Below are positions 9,896 to 21,600 of a stretch of DNA of 64,000 bases, piece by piece. A program made the position numbers and the translations under genes. Under the pieces are notes generated by a model. It was not told the origin of the DNA and searched no databases. It was given only the letters and a program-made list of their open reading frames with translations. The stretch is from Histomonas meleagridis 2922-C6/04-290x (Eukaryota; Protista; Parabasalia), in NCBI GenBank assembly GCA_020184695.1, contig JAANOX010000021.1, forward strand, positions 62,001 to 126,000. The letters are read 5' to 3'. The stretch's first letter is position 1. Each line of letters starts with the position of its first letter.

Positions 9896-10876
9896 ATGAA
9901 CCCAGATACACTCCAATCTTGCGATTATTATTATGACACTTATGCACACTTTGGCGCCCACGAATCATTATTAAAAGATACTGCTCGGATTGATGCATTT
10001 AGAAATGCTATTTTTTTAAACAGATCATTAATAGAAGGAAAAGCCGTTTTAGATGCAGGTTGTGGAACTGGGCTCTTTGCTATGTGGGCAGCTAAGCGTG
10101 GAGCCCGTGTTGTTTATGCCGTTGATAGATCACCATTCATTGAATACACAAAAAAAATAGTTGAATTAAATGGTTTATCAGATAAAGTTAAAGTTATCCA
10201 CGGACTCCTAGAAGAAGTTGAGTTACCAGAAAAAGTTGATTTAATTATTTGCGATTTTTTTGGATGCGGATTATTATTTGATTCAATGTTTCCATCTTTT
10301 ATTGTTGCTCGTGATAGATTCTTAAAAGAAGGAGGATCAGTTTTTCCATCTTCTTCTAGAATAGTAATGACTGCCATTGAAGATGGGGAATATCGAAATA
10401 CAAAAATTAATTTCTGGGATAATGTTTATGGATACAAATTTACAGCTATGAAAAAAGAAGCACTGCTCGAGCCACTTATTGATACATGCCCAACAGATGG
10501 TATTTTGTGCGGAGAGTGCGTTGTAAAGGAATTTGATTCATTGACCGTTAAGCTCGAAGACCTTTCTTTTACAGCGCCTTTTACGCTCCTTCCATCAGAA
10601 TCCAATACAGCACATGCCTTTGTGATATGGTTTGATTGCTTTTTCAGGGGTCCTGAATGCTCATTTGTATTTTCTACTTCTCCATATTTTAAATCAACAG
10701 ATTACCAACAAGTCGTTTGTTATTTGAACAAACCTGTTCGAGTCGTACCAGGAGATCTCATTGATGGTGAACTTTCAATGAGACAAAATGAACAGAACCC
10801 AAGAAATGAAGACATCCAGATTTCATTTATTCATAACGGGAAAAAATATACACAATCCTATCAACTAAAAGTTTAA
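9896..10876 (+). CDS. Protein arginine methyltransferase, PRMT1-like fold, divergent active site
   Basis: Motifs YYYDTYAHFGAHESLLKD, VLDAGCGTG, VYAVD, EKVDLII and RDRFLKEGG. The ATG is at 9896. Confidence 0.85.
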   Translation: MNPDTLQSCDYYYDTYAHFGAHESLLKDTARIDAFRNAIFLNRSLIEGKAVLDAGCGTGLFAMWAAKRGARVVYAVDRSPFIEYTKKIVELNGLSDKVKVIHGLLEEVELPEKVDLIICDFFGCGLLFDSMFPSFIVARDRFLKEGGSVFPSSSRIVMTAIEDGEYRNTKINFWDNVYGYKFTAMKKEALLEPLIDTCPTDGILCGECVVKEFDSLTVKLEDLSFTAPFTLLPSESNTAHAFVIWFDCFFRGPECSFVFSTSPYFKSTDYQQVVCYLNKPVRVVPGDLIDGELSMRQNEQNPRNEDIQISFIHNGKKYTQSYQLKV

Positions 10877-11179
10877 CTAAAAACATAAATAACTCATGTC
10901 ATAATTTCTTTTAAATTTGTTCAAATTCTTATTCAATAATTATGTTCACCTTCACTTAATTCATTAATACTTATCACGTTATGTATTAACATGTAGTTTT
11001 AGAAAGTGATTAAATTTAAATAATGATCATTTGATTTATGGCTTAAGGACTGATTTTTTACTAAAGAGACGATCACTTTTGTAAAGTACTCAAAATCAAG
11101 CAGACCTTAAAAATAGCCGCCCGATAACGTTGGATACCTTGAAAAAAATGGATGTGACCACATCACTTTAAGTGAGCAA

Positions 11180-11674
11180 ATGTCTGCTGCATCCGTTCTA
11201 CTTCAAAAGCAACTTAAAACTCTCCAACAGGATCCATCATCTGGCTTCTCTGCTGGATTAGTAAACGACGACATTTTTAAATGGAGAGTAACATTGATTG
11301 GACCTCCAGGAACTCCTTATGAAGGTGGCCTTTTCCCAGCAATTCTCGAGTTTCCACAAGATTATCCACTTAATCCACCAAAGATGAGGTTCATTTGTCC
11401 AATGTACCATCCAAATATCAGAGAAACAGGCGAAGTTTGTATTTCTATATTACATCCGCCAGGTAATGATGTGTTTGAATATGAAGATAGAAGTGAACGA
11501 TGGCTTCCAATTCATACTGTGGAATCAATCCTTATTTCTGTTATATCAATGCTTTCAGATCCAAATTGTGAATCACCAGAAAACCTTGATGCAGCAAAGA
11601 CGTTCCGAAACGATAAACAGGAGTACATGAGAAAAGTTAGAAGAACTGTTGAACAATCCTATGAATATTGTTAA
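11180..11674 (+). CDS. UBE2G1: E2 ubiquitin-conjugating enzyme, Ubc7/UBE2G family
   Basis: HPNI...VCISILH catalytic motif with the acidic-loop insertion (PPGNDVFEYEDRSERWLP) typical of Ubc7/UBE2G/Cdc34. Confidence 0.85.
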   Translation: MSAASVLLQKQLKTLQQDPSSGFSAGLVNDDIFKWRVTLIGPPGTPYEGGLFPAILEFPQDYPLNPPKMRFICPMYHPNIRETGEVCISILHPPGNDVFEYEDRSERWLPIHTVESILISVISMLSDPNCESPENLDAAKTFRNDKQEYMRKVRRTVEQSYEYC

Positions 11675-12403
11675 CTAAATTCTAACCAAAGTCGTATGCT
11701 CCAAATAGCAGATATGTTTAAAAAGATATTATATGGATTATATATATGGTTGTTCAATAAAAAATTAAATTCTTTTTTGTCATTTTCTGTAAAATGAACA
11801 AATAAATTATAGAATCAGAAAAGTGGCAAAATAGAGCAATAAAAGAAAATCAAAACCTTTCTTTTTTAATTTTTCATTTCCTATGATATCCAATAGTAAC
11901 GCAAATGATTTATGTGATTTTGATAATATATTTTTCACACTAAAAAAAATATCGTATAAAAATGATATCGAAATCGAACAATCAATGGATACATATCCGA
12001 ATCTTATTTATCATATGATAAGCAGCATGATGGTATTTGCATTGGTAATAACTTGTTTTTTTGGTCAAAAAAGAAAAGAATCGGTGTGCAAAAGAGAACG
12101 TTTTTTTCTTGGTTATTACAGTAAATTCTTAACATTACGCATTTCTCTATTCAAAATTTTCTTCAGAAATGTCTTAATAATCTTCACAATAAAAAACGAT
12201 AAGTATTCAATAATTATCCCAAAAAAAAATATCTTAAATGGTGTCATTCCAATTCGGGTAAATTGAATGCATTCAATTCCGTTCAATATTCTGAAATCTC
12301 GCACAAATCAAAGAATTAACCTTTTTTCTTTGAGAGAAAATTATCGGTTATCCTCTCAAAAATACCTCTTAAAGTCCCCTCGCGAGAGATCAGATTTTGA
12401 CAA

Positions 12404-15400
12404 ATGCAACACGAGAAAGAGAAATTCATTCCCGAGGGATTACAAAAAAAATTCCTAAAAAGGTTAGGAAATGTTATAGTTCTCTCCAATAATCTTTTCT
12501 CATTTCCACAACCAATTTATGTATTCAAATCAATAATAGTTCTGCTTCAATCTTCACTTCCTGCGTTACTTATAGGTGATTCAAATCTCTGGGATAGTTC
12601 TAATACAAGCTACAAACTGCTCCGCTTTGCACAATTCTTTTGCAGATTTTACAGTCACTATTATAGTCAAACAGATTTTGCAATTAACACCATTCTTCTA
12701 TATGCATTTATTGCTTACTTTTCACTTGCTCCACTAATTAATTACTTTCTTCTATATAAAACGGGAAAATTAAATTTTTTTGCAACATTTAATACAATTT
12801 TATTCTTCGTATTAGTTGTACCTCTTCTCATTGCATGGTCTGGATCTCAAATAGCATCATTTATTTATGCTCTTGATGAAGATTCATCAATTAACAAAAC
12901 GACAGTAGTGGTTGAATTTATTGTATGTTTTTTAATTTTGATTTTTGTAATAGCTTTTTATCTAAAAATATTTCCAACAGAACCAATTTATGAAGTAGGT
13001 AAATCATATGCTTGGAGTAATCAAGTTAACTCTATTATATATATTTTCACTATGTTAATACTTTTCTTTTCAAGACTTGCAGAGTTATATAATGGAATTC
13101 AATCTCTAATTTGCATGGTAATATTACTTTTTGTAATGATAGTTTATCAAGCATTTCTATATGTATTTCAACCATTTGTTGATGACATATATCAAAATGT
13201 ATTTAGTGGTGTTATGTTAGGGTTTACAGTAGGCCTTATATTACAAATCATACATGTTTTCGTACCTTCTTTAGATTCTTGGTATGTATTTTATAGTTCT
13301 CTAATATTATCTTTTATAGGTTTCTTTATATCGAAATTTATTCAAGCAAAGATTTTTCAAAAAGTTGAAACAACTTTAAATGAGTTAGCTAATAATGAAA
13401 TTGATTTTGATAAAAAGTTTTCATCAGCAATAGAGTTCTTAGTATATATTCGAGGTGGATTTAAAAAAGGAAATCCTTATGTATTATCATGGAAACCTTT
13501 TAATTTAGCACTAGAAAAATGGCCTAATAATGCACAGATATGGATACAATACATTCGATTCATTATTATTTTTTATGAAGAAAGAGGAAAACTTGATCAA
13601 ATATTAAAAACTTTAAAGTCAAAGAAAATTAAAGACACATATTTAGAATTATTCTGTGCTCAAATTCAGTTTATTCAAGAAGGGCGAAATCAAGATATGA
13701 CTAAAGACTTAAAATATTCATTAAAAGTTATTGAAGAAGAAATCGCACAAATAAGAAATTTAATTGTAATTTATTGGAATACAATTCAAGATTGTTCTGT
13801 TAACTCATCATATGAAATATGTAATAATTTACAAAATGCTATTAATTCTTGTATATCTAAATTTAATTTATTAGCTTCGATGCGTCCAACTAATTATATA
13901 GTTGCACAAAAATATGCACAATTTTTGGAAGAAATTGTTTTTGACCCTAAATCAGCTTATGAATGGCGTTTAAAGGAATCTTATTTCCGTAAGACAAATG
14001 GTTATTATTTGGATCAAACACAATTTTTAGGCTTTACACGATTCCCAAATCTTCCTCACGATATTAAGACTATTAATTCTGATAGTTATATAATTAGTGA
14101 TACATCTTTAAGTACTGATTTGGGAAGTTCATTACGTTCTGAATCTAGTACACAATATATTGACGTTGAAAGTAATGTTCCTGATTTTGCTCGATCTAAT
14201 ATTAAGGAAATGGCTAATAACACTGAATATGATTTTCTGAAAAAGATATTAGGAATAATGGCATTATGCATAACTGCTTTTAATGTAATATCATTATTTC
14301 CAATGATTATTTCTTCAGTTAATATGTGGAAACTAAACTTTTTCGGTAATTCTGTTGAATCATTTTGTAGTGTTAATACTGATTTCTCATCAATAGCAAT
14401 ATATATTACACATTCTTTTTTAGAACAATCTGGTTATCCAACATTTGAGTTAAATAATACTAATAATTCATTAATCATTAATCTTTTATCAGATATTAAT
14501 TCTAATGCTGATAATATTGAAAACTCTCTTACAAATGAAGGTATCGAAATCATTAATACAGATTATATTTCTAAAATTCAAGTTCCAATCGAATTTTATG
14601 GAGAAAATCTTACTGTATTACAATCAATTAATTATTTAAATAGTAATTTATTTTATCATTCAAATTTAAACTCAACTCAAATAACAATTTTTGAAGAACA
14701 ATTTGATAAATTACAAGAACCAATAAAAGAAGTTGTTGAAGATTTTACTAAATCATCAATTTCTGTGTTTTCAGATCTTTTTTCATATCATTTAATTTGT
14801 TCTATTGTTTGTTTATTTTTAATGTTTATATCAATGTTTCCATTAATAAAATTCATTTTAAATATTAAAGAACATTGGACATATATAATAAAAACATTAA
14901 ACACAATTCCACGTGTTGCAATACAAAAAGTCATTAAGAATCAAAAAGTATCAAATGACGAAGAAAAACTTCAAAAAGAAGAATTTAAGTATCATTATTT
15001 ATTTGTTAATATGGCATCTTCACGAAGTTCAACAAGTGGAATTCCTGTTTATCGGTTGATAGGATTAATGATATTTTTATTCATTATATCATTTATAGTT
15101 GCATTATTATTTGCTATTTATATTAACCAAAGCAGTGTCAATCCATCATTTTCTATGTTATATTATACAATATCGAATACATTTAAAATATTATATTATT
15201 ATTCAAATATATTACTTCGATCAAGTAAATCAAATGATATTTTAATATTTAATGATACAAAAGAATCAATTTATAACTCATTAGGTTTATATTCATCAAA
15301 TTTAAGTGAATTAATTGATTCTTTATTATATCAAAAATGGAATGGTAATAACATTGGTTTATTATTTTCAAGTAATGAAATTATGAAAGAATTAACAAAA

Positions 15401-16864
15401 TGGAATAATAATTTTTCATTAGATGATATCGATAATTTACCAGATTATATGTTATTAGATATAGCAAAATCTATTCTTATTAAATATTGTGATTTAATTC
15501 ATTTAGATATGAACTTTAATGTAACTGAATTTGATTCTGATTTATATTTTGCAATTCAAATATTAACTTCTCATTTCTCATTAAATGTTATGCCAAAATT
15601 ACTTGAAGATGCACATGAATTATTTACATCAACTATAAATGGATATAGAAATACTGTTATAATTGCGGGAATTATATTCTTTTTTGTCGGTGTTTTAGTA
15701 ATTGTTTTCATATTTATATTATATTTCGATATATTAAGATCATTTAGATATCTTTTATCTTATATATCTATGATAGACCCAGATTATTATAAGGATTTAC
15801 CAAATGTAATGAAATTATATTCAGGTGTATCTGAAGGTAAAGTTGAAACAAATCTTAACATTAAAAATATGTATCAAAGAGCTGAAGCAGAAATTCCTGA
15901 ATCAATATTTGAATTAGATCATAATTTTAATATCTTAAAATTAAATTCTTCTGCAATGAAACTTTGTCAAATAGATAATTTTAATGTTGAAGAAACTCAA
16001 CAACATATTAATCTTTATATAACATTTGAAGATTTTGATATTCTTAAAGAACTTAAATTACAAGTTACTCGTCAATATCCACAAAAAAATACCTTCCAAA
16101 CAAAAATTAGAATAAATTCTTCAAATGAAATAATCGAAACTAAACTTACATCAATTATTGTATCAGATGAAAAAACATGTTTAATTTTAATATTGTCAGA
16201 TACAAATGAAAACTCAAATGAAGTTCAAGAAGTACAAATATATGAACAAAAGATTAAAGAAATGATAGAATCAATCGTACCAAATAAACTTCGAAATATA
16301 TTTGAATCTGAAAAGAAGAATCAAATTTCTTCTGATTCATCATTAGTTATAACAATTGATTTATGTAATTTTAATGAATTTTGTACAAATCATAGTTCAC
16401 AAGAATCATTAGAATTTATTAATAACTTTAAGAATTATATAGATTATTTATGTAATGAAAAAGAAACAGATTTGATAAATATTAATACGATTGGTAATGT
16501 TTTCGTGTTATGTTGTAATATAAATAATCAAACTTTAAATTATTATAATGCTATTTTGGAAACCGTACGATTCGTTCATGAAGTATATGAATTCGCAAAA
16601 AATAATTATTATAAAATTAAATGTTGCATACTGATGAATAAAAACGTAATTTCGATATTAAGTCAAAACAGAGCGGGATTCTTTATGTATTCACCAAATA
16701 TACATTTAGCAATGAATACATTACATGCCGCAAGATCTGAAACTTTAATCATTGGAAAGAAAATATATGAAATGTTGCCACAAAATTTGGTAAAAGGAGC
16801 TACGCGAATGCATGTTAATGGAAAGGGATTATATATGCTTGACCTTCAAACAACAACAAATTGA
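12404..16864 (+). CDS. Multi-pass transmembrane class III nucleotidyl cyclase-like protein (parabasalid TMAC type), degenerate catalytic domain
   Basis: 1486-aa ORF with an N-terminal TM bundle, a TPR-like segment (WPNNAQIWIQYIRFI), further TMs, a PAS-like region and a C-terminal cyclase-like domain (ITIDLCNF...NTIGNVFV). Confidence 0.7.
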   Translation: MQHEKEKFIPEGLQKKFLKRLGNVIVLSNNLFSFPQPIYVFKSIIVLLQSSLPALLIGDSNLWDSSNTSYKLLRFAQFFCRFYSHYYSQTDFAINTILLYAFIAYFSLAPLINYFLLYKTGKLNFFATFNTILFFVLVVPLLIAWSGSQIASFIYALDEDSSINKTTVVVEFIVCFLILIFVIAFYLKIFPTEPIYEVGKSYAWSNQVNSIIYIFTMLILFFSRLAELYNGIQSLICMVILLFVMIVYQAFLYVFQPFVDDIYQNVFSGVMLGFTVGLILQIIHVFVPSLDSWYVFYSSLILSFIGFFISKFIQAKIFQKVETTLNELANNEIDFDKKFSSAIEFLVYIRGGFKKGNPYVLSWKPFNLALEKWPNNAQIWIQYIRFIIIFYEERGKLDQILKTLKSKKIKDTYLELFCAQIQFIQEGRNQDMTKDLKYSLKVIEEEIAQIRNLIVIYWNTIQDCSVNSSYEICNNLQNAINSCISKFNLLASMRPTNYIVAQKYAQFLEEIVFDPKSAYEWRLKESYFRKTNGYYLDQTQFLGFTRFPNLPHDIKTINSDSYIISDTSLSTDLGSSLRSESSTQYIDVESNVPDFARSNIKEMANNTEYDFLKKILGIMALCITAFNVISLFPMIISSVNMWKLNFFGNSVESFCSVNTDFSSIAIYITHSFLEQSGYPTFELNNTNNSLIINLLSDINSNADNIENSLTNEGIEIINTDYISKIQVPIEFYGENLTVLQSINYLNSNLFYHSNLNSTQITIFEEQFDKLQEPIKEVVEDFTKSSISVFSDLFSYHLICSIVCLFLMFISMFPLIKFILNIKEHWTYIIKTLNTIPRVAIQKVIKNQKVSNDEEKLQKEEFKYHYLFVNMASSRSSTSGIPVYRLIGLMIFLFIISFIVALLFAIYINQSSVNPSFSMLYYTISNTFKILYYYSNILLRSSKSNDILIFNDTKESIYNSLGLYSSNLSELIDSLLYQKWNGNNIGLLFSSNEIMKELTKWNNNFSLDDIDNLPDYMLLDIAKSILIKYCDLIHLDMNFNVTEFDSDLYFAIQILTSHFSLNVMPKLLEDAHELFTSTINGYRNTVIIAGIIFFFVGVLVIVFIFILYFDILRSFRYLLSYISMIDPDYYKDLPNVMKLYSGVSEGKVETNLNIKNMYQRAEAEIPESIFELDHNFNILKLNSSAMKLCQIDNFNVEETQQHINLYITFEDFDILKELKLQVTRQYPQKNTFQTKIRINSSNEIIETKLTSIIVSDEKTCLILILSDTNENSNEVQEVQIYEQKIKEMIESIVPNKLRNIFESEKKNQISSDSSLVITIDLCNFNEFCTNHSSQESLEFINNFKNYIDYLCNEKETDLININTIGNVFVLCCNINNQTLNYYNAILETVRFVHEVYEFAKNNYYKIKCCILMNKNVISILSQNRAGFFMYSPNIHLAMNTLHAARSETLIIGKKIYEMLPQNLVKGATRMHVNGKGLYMLDLQTTTN

Positions 16865-17314
16865 TTTCTACGCTTCATTTGCGAATGTAATAATTTGTGT
16901 AAAAATTACTTTTTGATAAGAAATATTTATTTTTTAAAAATATTTAACCGTTTGAATAATATAATTCCAATAAAATGTGTTTAATATCCATTAAATGATA
17001 AATTAATGAATTTTTGTTACATTTGCATTCAGTTGAAGTTGTATTACTAATGACAACGGTTTCTGGTATTATACGTACTTTGAATCTATTTAAATGGAAA
17101 TGATAATAAATTTGAAAGTCTAACTTCTGTATTATTTAGTAATTTTGACAACAATTGTTATTAAACATTTTTGAAAGAGAAGATATATTCTCTTATTTGA
17201 AGAAATTTGAAATTTAAAGTTGAAATCTTTAAGGTGTCAATTGGTACCTTCATAAAACTATTTTATTTCTAAAACAAAATCTTTGGATTATGATAAAAAT
17301 TAATCATTTTTCGT

Positions 17315-17986
17315 TTATTGAACCAATAAGATTCCGTAATTACCTCTGGCATAAAGCTTATTTGATTCATTAATGAAATAATTCCATTCCACATCTTGCG
17401 TGATTGGAATTGTGTCATTATCTGTATCGATTACGCTCATTGTTTTCATTGATGGATATAACTTCTTCAAAGTATCAAATGCATCAGTTCGCGATATTCC
17501 TTTTGGAAGTGATGTAAATATTGCAAAATCTTTGCCATCAACAGCAAGCTTGAATTGGAAAGTATTATCACCAAAAGGTGTTTCTTCAGCATAGTTTAGA
17601 TCCATCAATGTTTTCACTTCTTCTTTTTTATATAAGTTGAATTTAATTGTAGTTTCATTGGTGCTGAAGTGTTCCCTAAAGCAACATTTTATATCATTTT
17701 CATTTTTGATCAACATTTTGATGTTTTTAGAATCTTCATATCCAAAAGGTGAGGCCGTATCAAACTTACCTCTTACTTTTGAAGCCAGATCTTCAAAAGA
17801 ACAGTTTGATGGAACTGTATGTTCATAACGGGAGAATCCTACAACAAATTTAACTGTTGGTTTGAAAACAATTTCAACATTCTTCTTTTTGCCTGGGGAT
17901 ATAGCATCAAGTTGTTTTTGAAGATTAGAATTTTTTTCAGTTTCTTCTTTGATTCTCTGCTCGACTTTTGCTATACAGTCACTCAT
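17315..17986 (-). CDS. Coiled-coil plus tandem PB1-like domain protein
   Basis: N-terminal coil, then OPCA-like motifs (FGYEDSKNIKMLIKNENDI and VIDTDNDTIPITQDVEW). Confidence 0.55.
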   Translation of the reverse strand: MSDCIAKVEQRIKEETEKNSNLQKQLDAISPGKKKNVEIVFKPTVKFVVGFSRYEHTVPSNCSFEDLASKVRGKFDTASPFGYEDSKNIKMLIKNENDIKCCFREHFSTNETTIKFNLYKKEEVKTLMDLNYAEETPFGDNTFQFKLAVDGKDFAIFTSLPKGISRTDAFDTLKKLYPSMKTMSVIDTDNDTIPITQDVEWNYFINESNKLYARGNYGILLVQ

Positions 17987-18645
17987 TATTTAATGATTGA
18001 AAAAGTTTCAGAATTTTTGATGAAAAACCGCTGAATTTCAGCTGAAATAAATTTTGGCTAAAAAAGATGTAAAGCATCATAGCTCTTAGTCATATGCAAA
18101 AAATTCCTTCTTAAACAACTTTTCGAATTACTGGTACATGGATTGATTTATACTTATATAAGAATACTATTTAAATATTCATGCATATTAAATTGATGTA
18201 TTTCAAAAGAAATAAATTCTTTTTTATTGTTAAACATTTTCATTTGACTTTCCTTGTAGAATAACTATGAGAGAAATTCTTATGCTATTTAGAATCAATC
18301 TTGTCCACAGCTCGAATACACTTAACGTTCGTTCAAAAAAATTTTTCGGAATTTTCGAAAATCCAATTAGAATGGGATATACTAATATACATTGTTAGCA
18401 CACATTATACCTTTAAATGTCTTTATGTAAGTAAAATAAGGAAATTGATGATTTGTAAATATAAAAGAAATATTTCAAAATTATGAAATTTTAACAAATT
18501 TTTCAAATGAAGGAATTAACATTAAAAAAATATTTATCGGTGAAGCGAAACGCATTTCGTTTGGCTTCCCATTTCTTTAGAAATGCCATTTCAGAAATGT
18601 ATCTGTTGCACAACGTCACTTTTCAATTACAAAAAGTGACACCAG

Positions 18646-21600
18646 ATGTGGAGTATCTTCAAAAGCAGACAAGTTAGAAGTCCAATAATTAGAAAATGGA
18701 TCAAATGGTTTACCACTGAGATTTCTAAAAAGGATGCACAATTTTCAGCTCATCAAGATTTATTTCAAAAAATTTCTTTAATTCCAGAACGTACATATAC
18801 GAAGCAAGAACTAACATCAATAGGTGATGTTCCTGAGGAAGAATATTTTACAAAATTATTTCAATTAAATCTACCATTATTTCCTCAATATGCAGAAATC
18901 GTGAATTATTTCAATACAAATTCAATAGCAGTTTCCAATCCTGATCGCATAATACCACTTGTAGCACCAATTTTGTTTCAATATCTAATTCGTTTTATGA
19001 ATAAAATCAAATATATTTTTCCGAAGTACATTCAAGAAAATACAGATCCACAATTAACACATGAAAATTTGATTTCTCTTTACAGATTATTTTTATATGT
19101 TCCAACATATTTTGAAGAATTAATTGAATTATCAAATCCATTGTTTTTACAATTTTCACAATATTTATCAAACAACGGAGAAGTACCTACAAAAGAGTTT
19201 AAAACATTTTATTCAAATTTTTTTGATACTTTGATATCATTTTCTACAACATTTCCATGTTCAAAAGATAGTTTTTTACCAATTTTTAATTTTTATGTTC
19301 AATATTATGAGTTTTGGGCCACTAAATTTATCGGTTATTCCAATGAATTTGATGAAAGCATATTAGGGCAATGTTGTAATGCACCTTTATCATTCATAAA
19401 ATTAACCCCTGAGTTTTCTAAAACAATTTCAGAAACAATTTTAGATCAAATATTAAATATTGGCTTTAATTTGTTAAGTTTTATCTTTGTTGACACTGAC
19501 CGATCAAAATCCACTGAAAAAGTTTTTGACATTGGACATTCATTTTTACGGTTTTTAAATTATTATGCAAACCTTGGAAATAAGTATTCAAAGATTATAT
19601 GGGAACATCAAATGTTTAATTTTACATTTTATTTTCTAATCTGGACAATTGATCGTTTTCCATTTATTACATTTGACGTTACAAATAATTTTAATGAAGA
19701 TGAACTTAAAATTACATCAAATGAATTTATAAATTCTATTGAAGATATTAATATTGAAAACTTTGAATTTTTAAATCAATCGGTATTTAAGAATTCATTA
19801 GAAGTGTCAAGTGATATAACATTTGTTGTTGATTCAACACAATTATCACAATATGACTTCGATAATATTGATGAAATGATAACCAAAATAAAACATTATC
19901 GTTTGTTATTAAAGATATTTCAATCATTTTCATTATGTTCATATTCCGAAAAATTTTTAGGGAAATTTATAGAAATCATAATGAATTATTCCAAGAATTA
20001 TTTAACCAAAAATTATAAATCTATCAGATTAACATCAAATCCACAACAAATATCGTCATCAATTTTATATTTTTTGTTACAATTTTTACTTTCAATTGAT
20101 ATAAAAATTGTAACTAAAGCTTTAATTAAAACAAATGGATTTAATTCTTTAGTTGATAGTTTAGCATTTTTACCACAATATAATATGTGGACAACAAAAA
20201 TAATCGACGAATATTTAAATTTCATTTGTTTATTACGTAAAACTATTTATCAATTGTTTAAACAAGTTTTCGTTCAATCATCAAATAATTCATCAATAAT
20301 ATTAACAGCAATTTTTCGGATTTTCATTAATTCAACACCACAAATGGCTGATGAAGCAATAAAATTTTTATCATTAATATTTCGTTCTAATCCAAATACA
20401 TTTGTTTCAGGTTTAAATGATGAACAAATCAATTTAATATTTGTGAATTATCAACTTAAACTACAAAAATTAGAATTAAATTTGATTTCTAATGAAAATT
20501 ATTCGATTTTTTTGTCTTATGTTTGTCAATCGAGTATTCAAATGTTTAATTTTATGGACTTAATATTAAGAGAAGTTAATTCTCGATTTCATTTTTTTTG
20601 TGCTCAATCATTTGTAAAAGTTTTGTTTCATTTTTTATTTGATATAAATTTACAAATATTTTCACTCGATTTAATTAAAAGAGGTTTACTTTTAGATTTA
20701 TTATCATTTGATTTAAATGAAACAAATAAAAATCCTTTTGATAATATATTTGTTTTAATAATAAAATTATTTAAAGAATCTCAAAAACATATAAATGATA
20801 TACAATGGATAAATTTAATTTTAGAATTCTTGAAAATGAATTCAGAAATCTTTCAAAAAAATCGAAAATCAATTTTAACATATATTGAAAAATATAATTA
20901 TTTAGAAACAATATCTTTATTACCAAATATTTCAACTGAATTTAATGATCATATGAAAATAATAAATTCAGTTTTAAATTGTTTTATCCCTTTAACAGAA
21001 GGTAATAATCAAATGCGAAAAAGAGTTTCGAAATTTCCAATGAATGAAATCTTAAAATCAATTCAAGGATTACCATTTGGGGAAGAAACTATTAATCTTT
21101 TATTACGTTTATTATTTGAGCAACCAATAACATTAACGAATTGTCCTAATTCTGCGGAAATTAATAATCGACGAATGTTACCATATATACATAAGATGAC
21201 ATTACATTTAAAAGAACATCAAAAAATTTTTAATTATATTTCACAAATATGTATTAATTCATTAACAAATAAATTACAAGTTTTTAGATCTAAAATGCCA
21301 ATATGTATTATCCAATATTTCGAATCATTTCCAAGTTATCATGATTGTACTATTGATCAACAAAAGTCTATAATTGATTTACTTTCATTATTTTCAACTG
21401 TTTCTTCATTTATCTTTCATTGGAAAACATTTTATGAATGTGTTCATTCAATGCAAATCATTAATAATAAATATCGCCCTTGGTGGACAAGTTTTTTAAT
21501 CTCAAGTTTTACTAATATATTATCAGGTAATAATAAAGAAAATCCTTCTTCATTTATACATTTTGATGGTAGAAATTCAGGAATTTATATACCTGAAATA

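Noticed and set aside
11883-12458. ORFs upstream of the cyclase gene
   Set aside because: No recognisable domain, low-complexity AT-rich composition, and overlap with the probable cyclase promoter.
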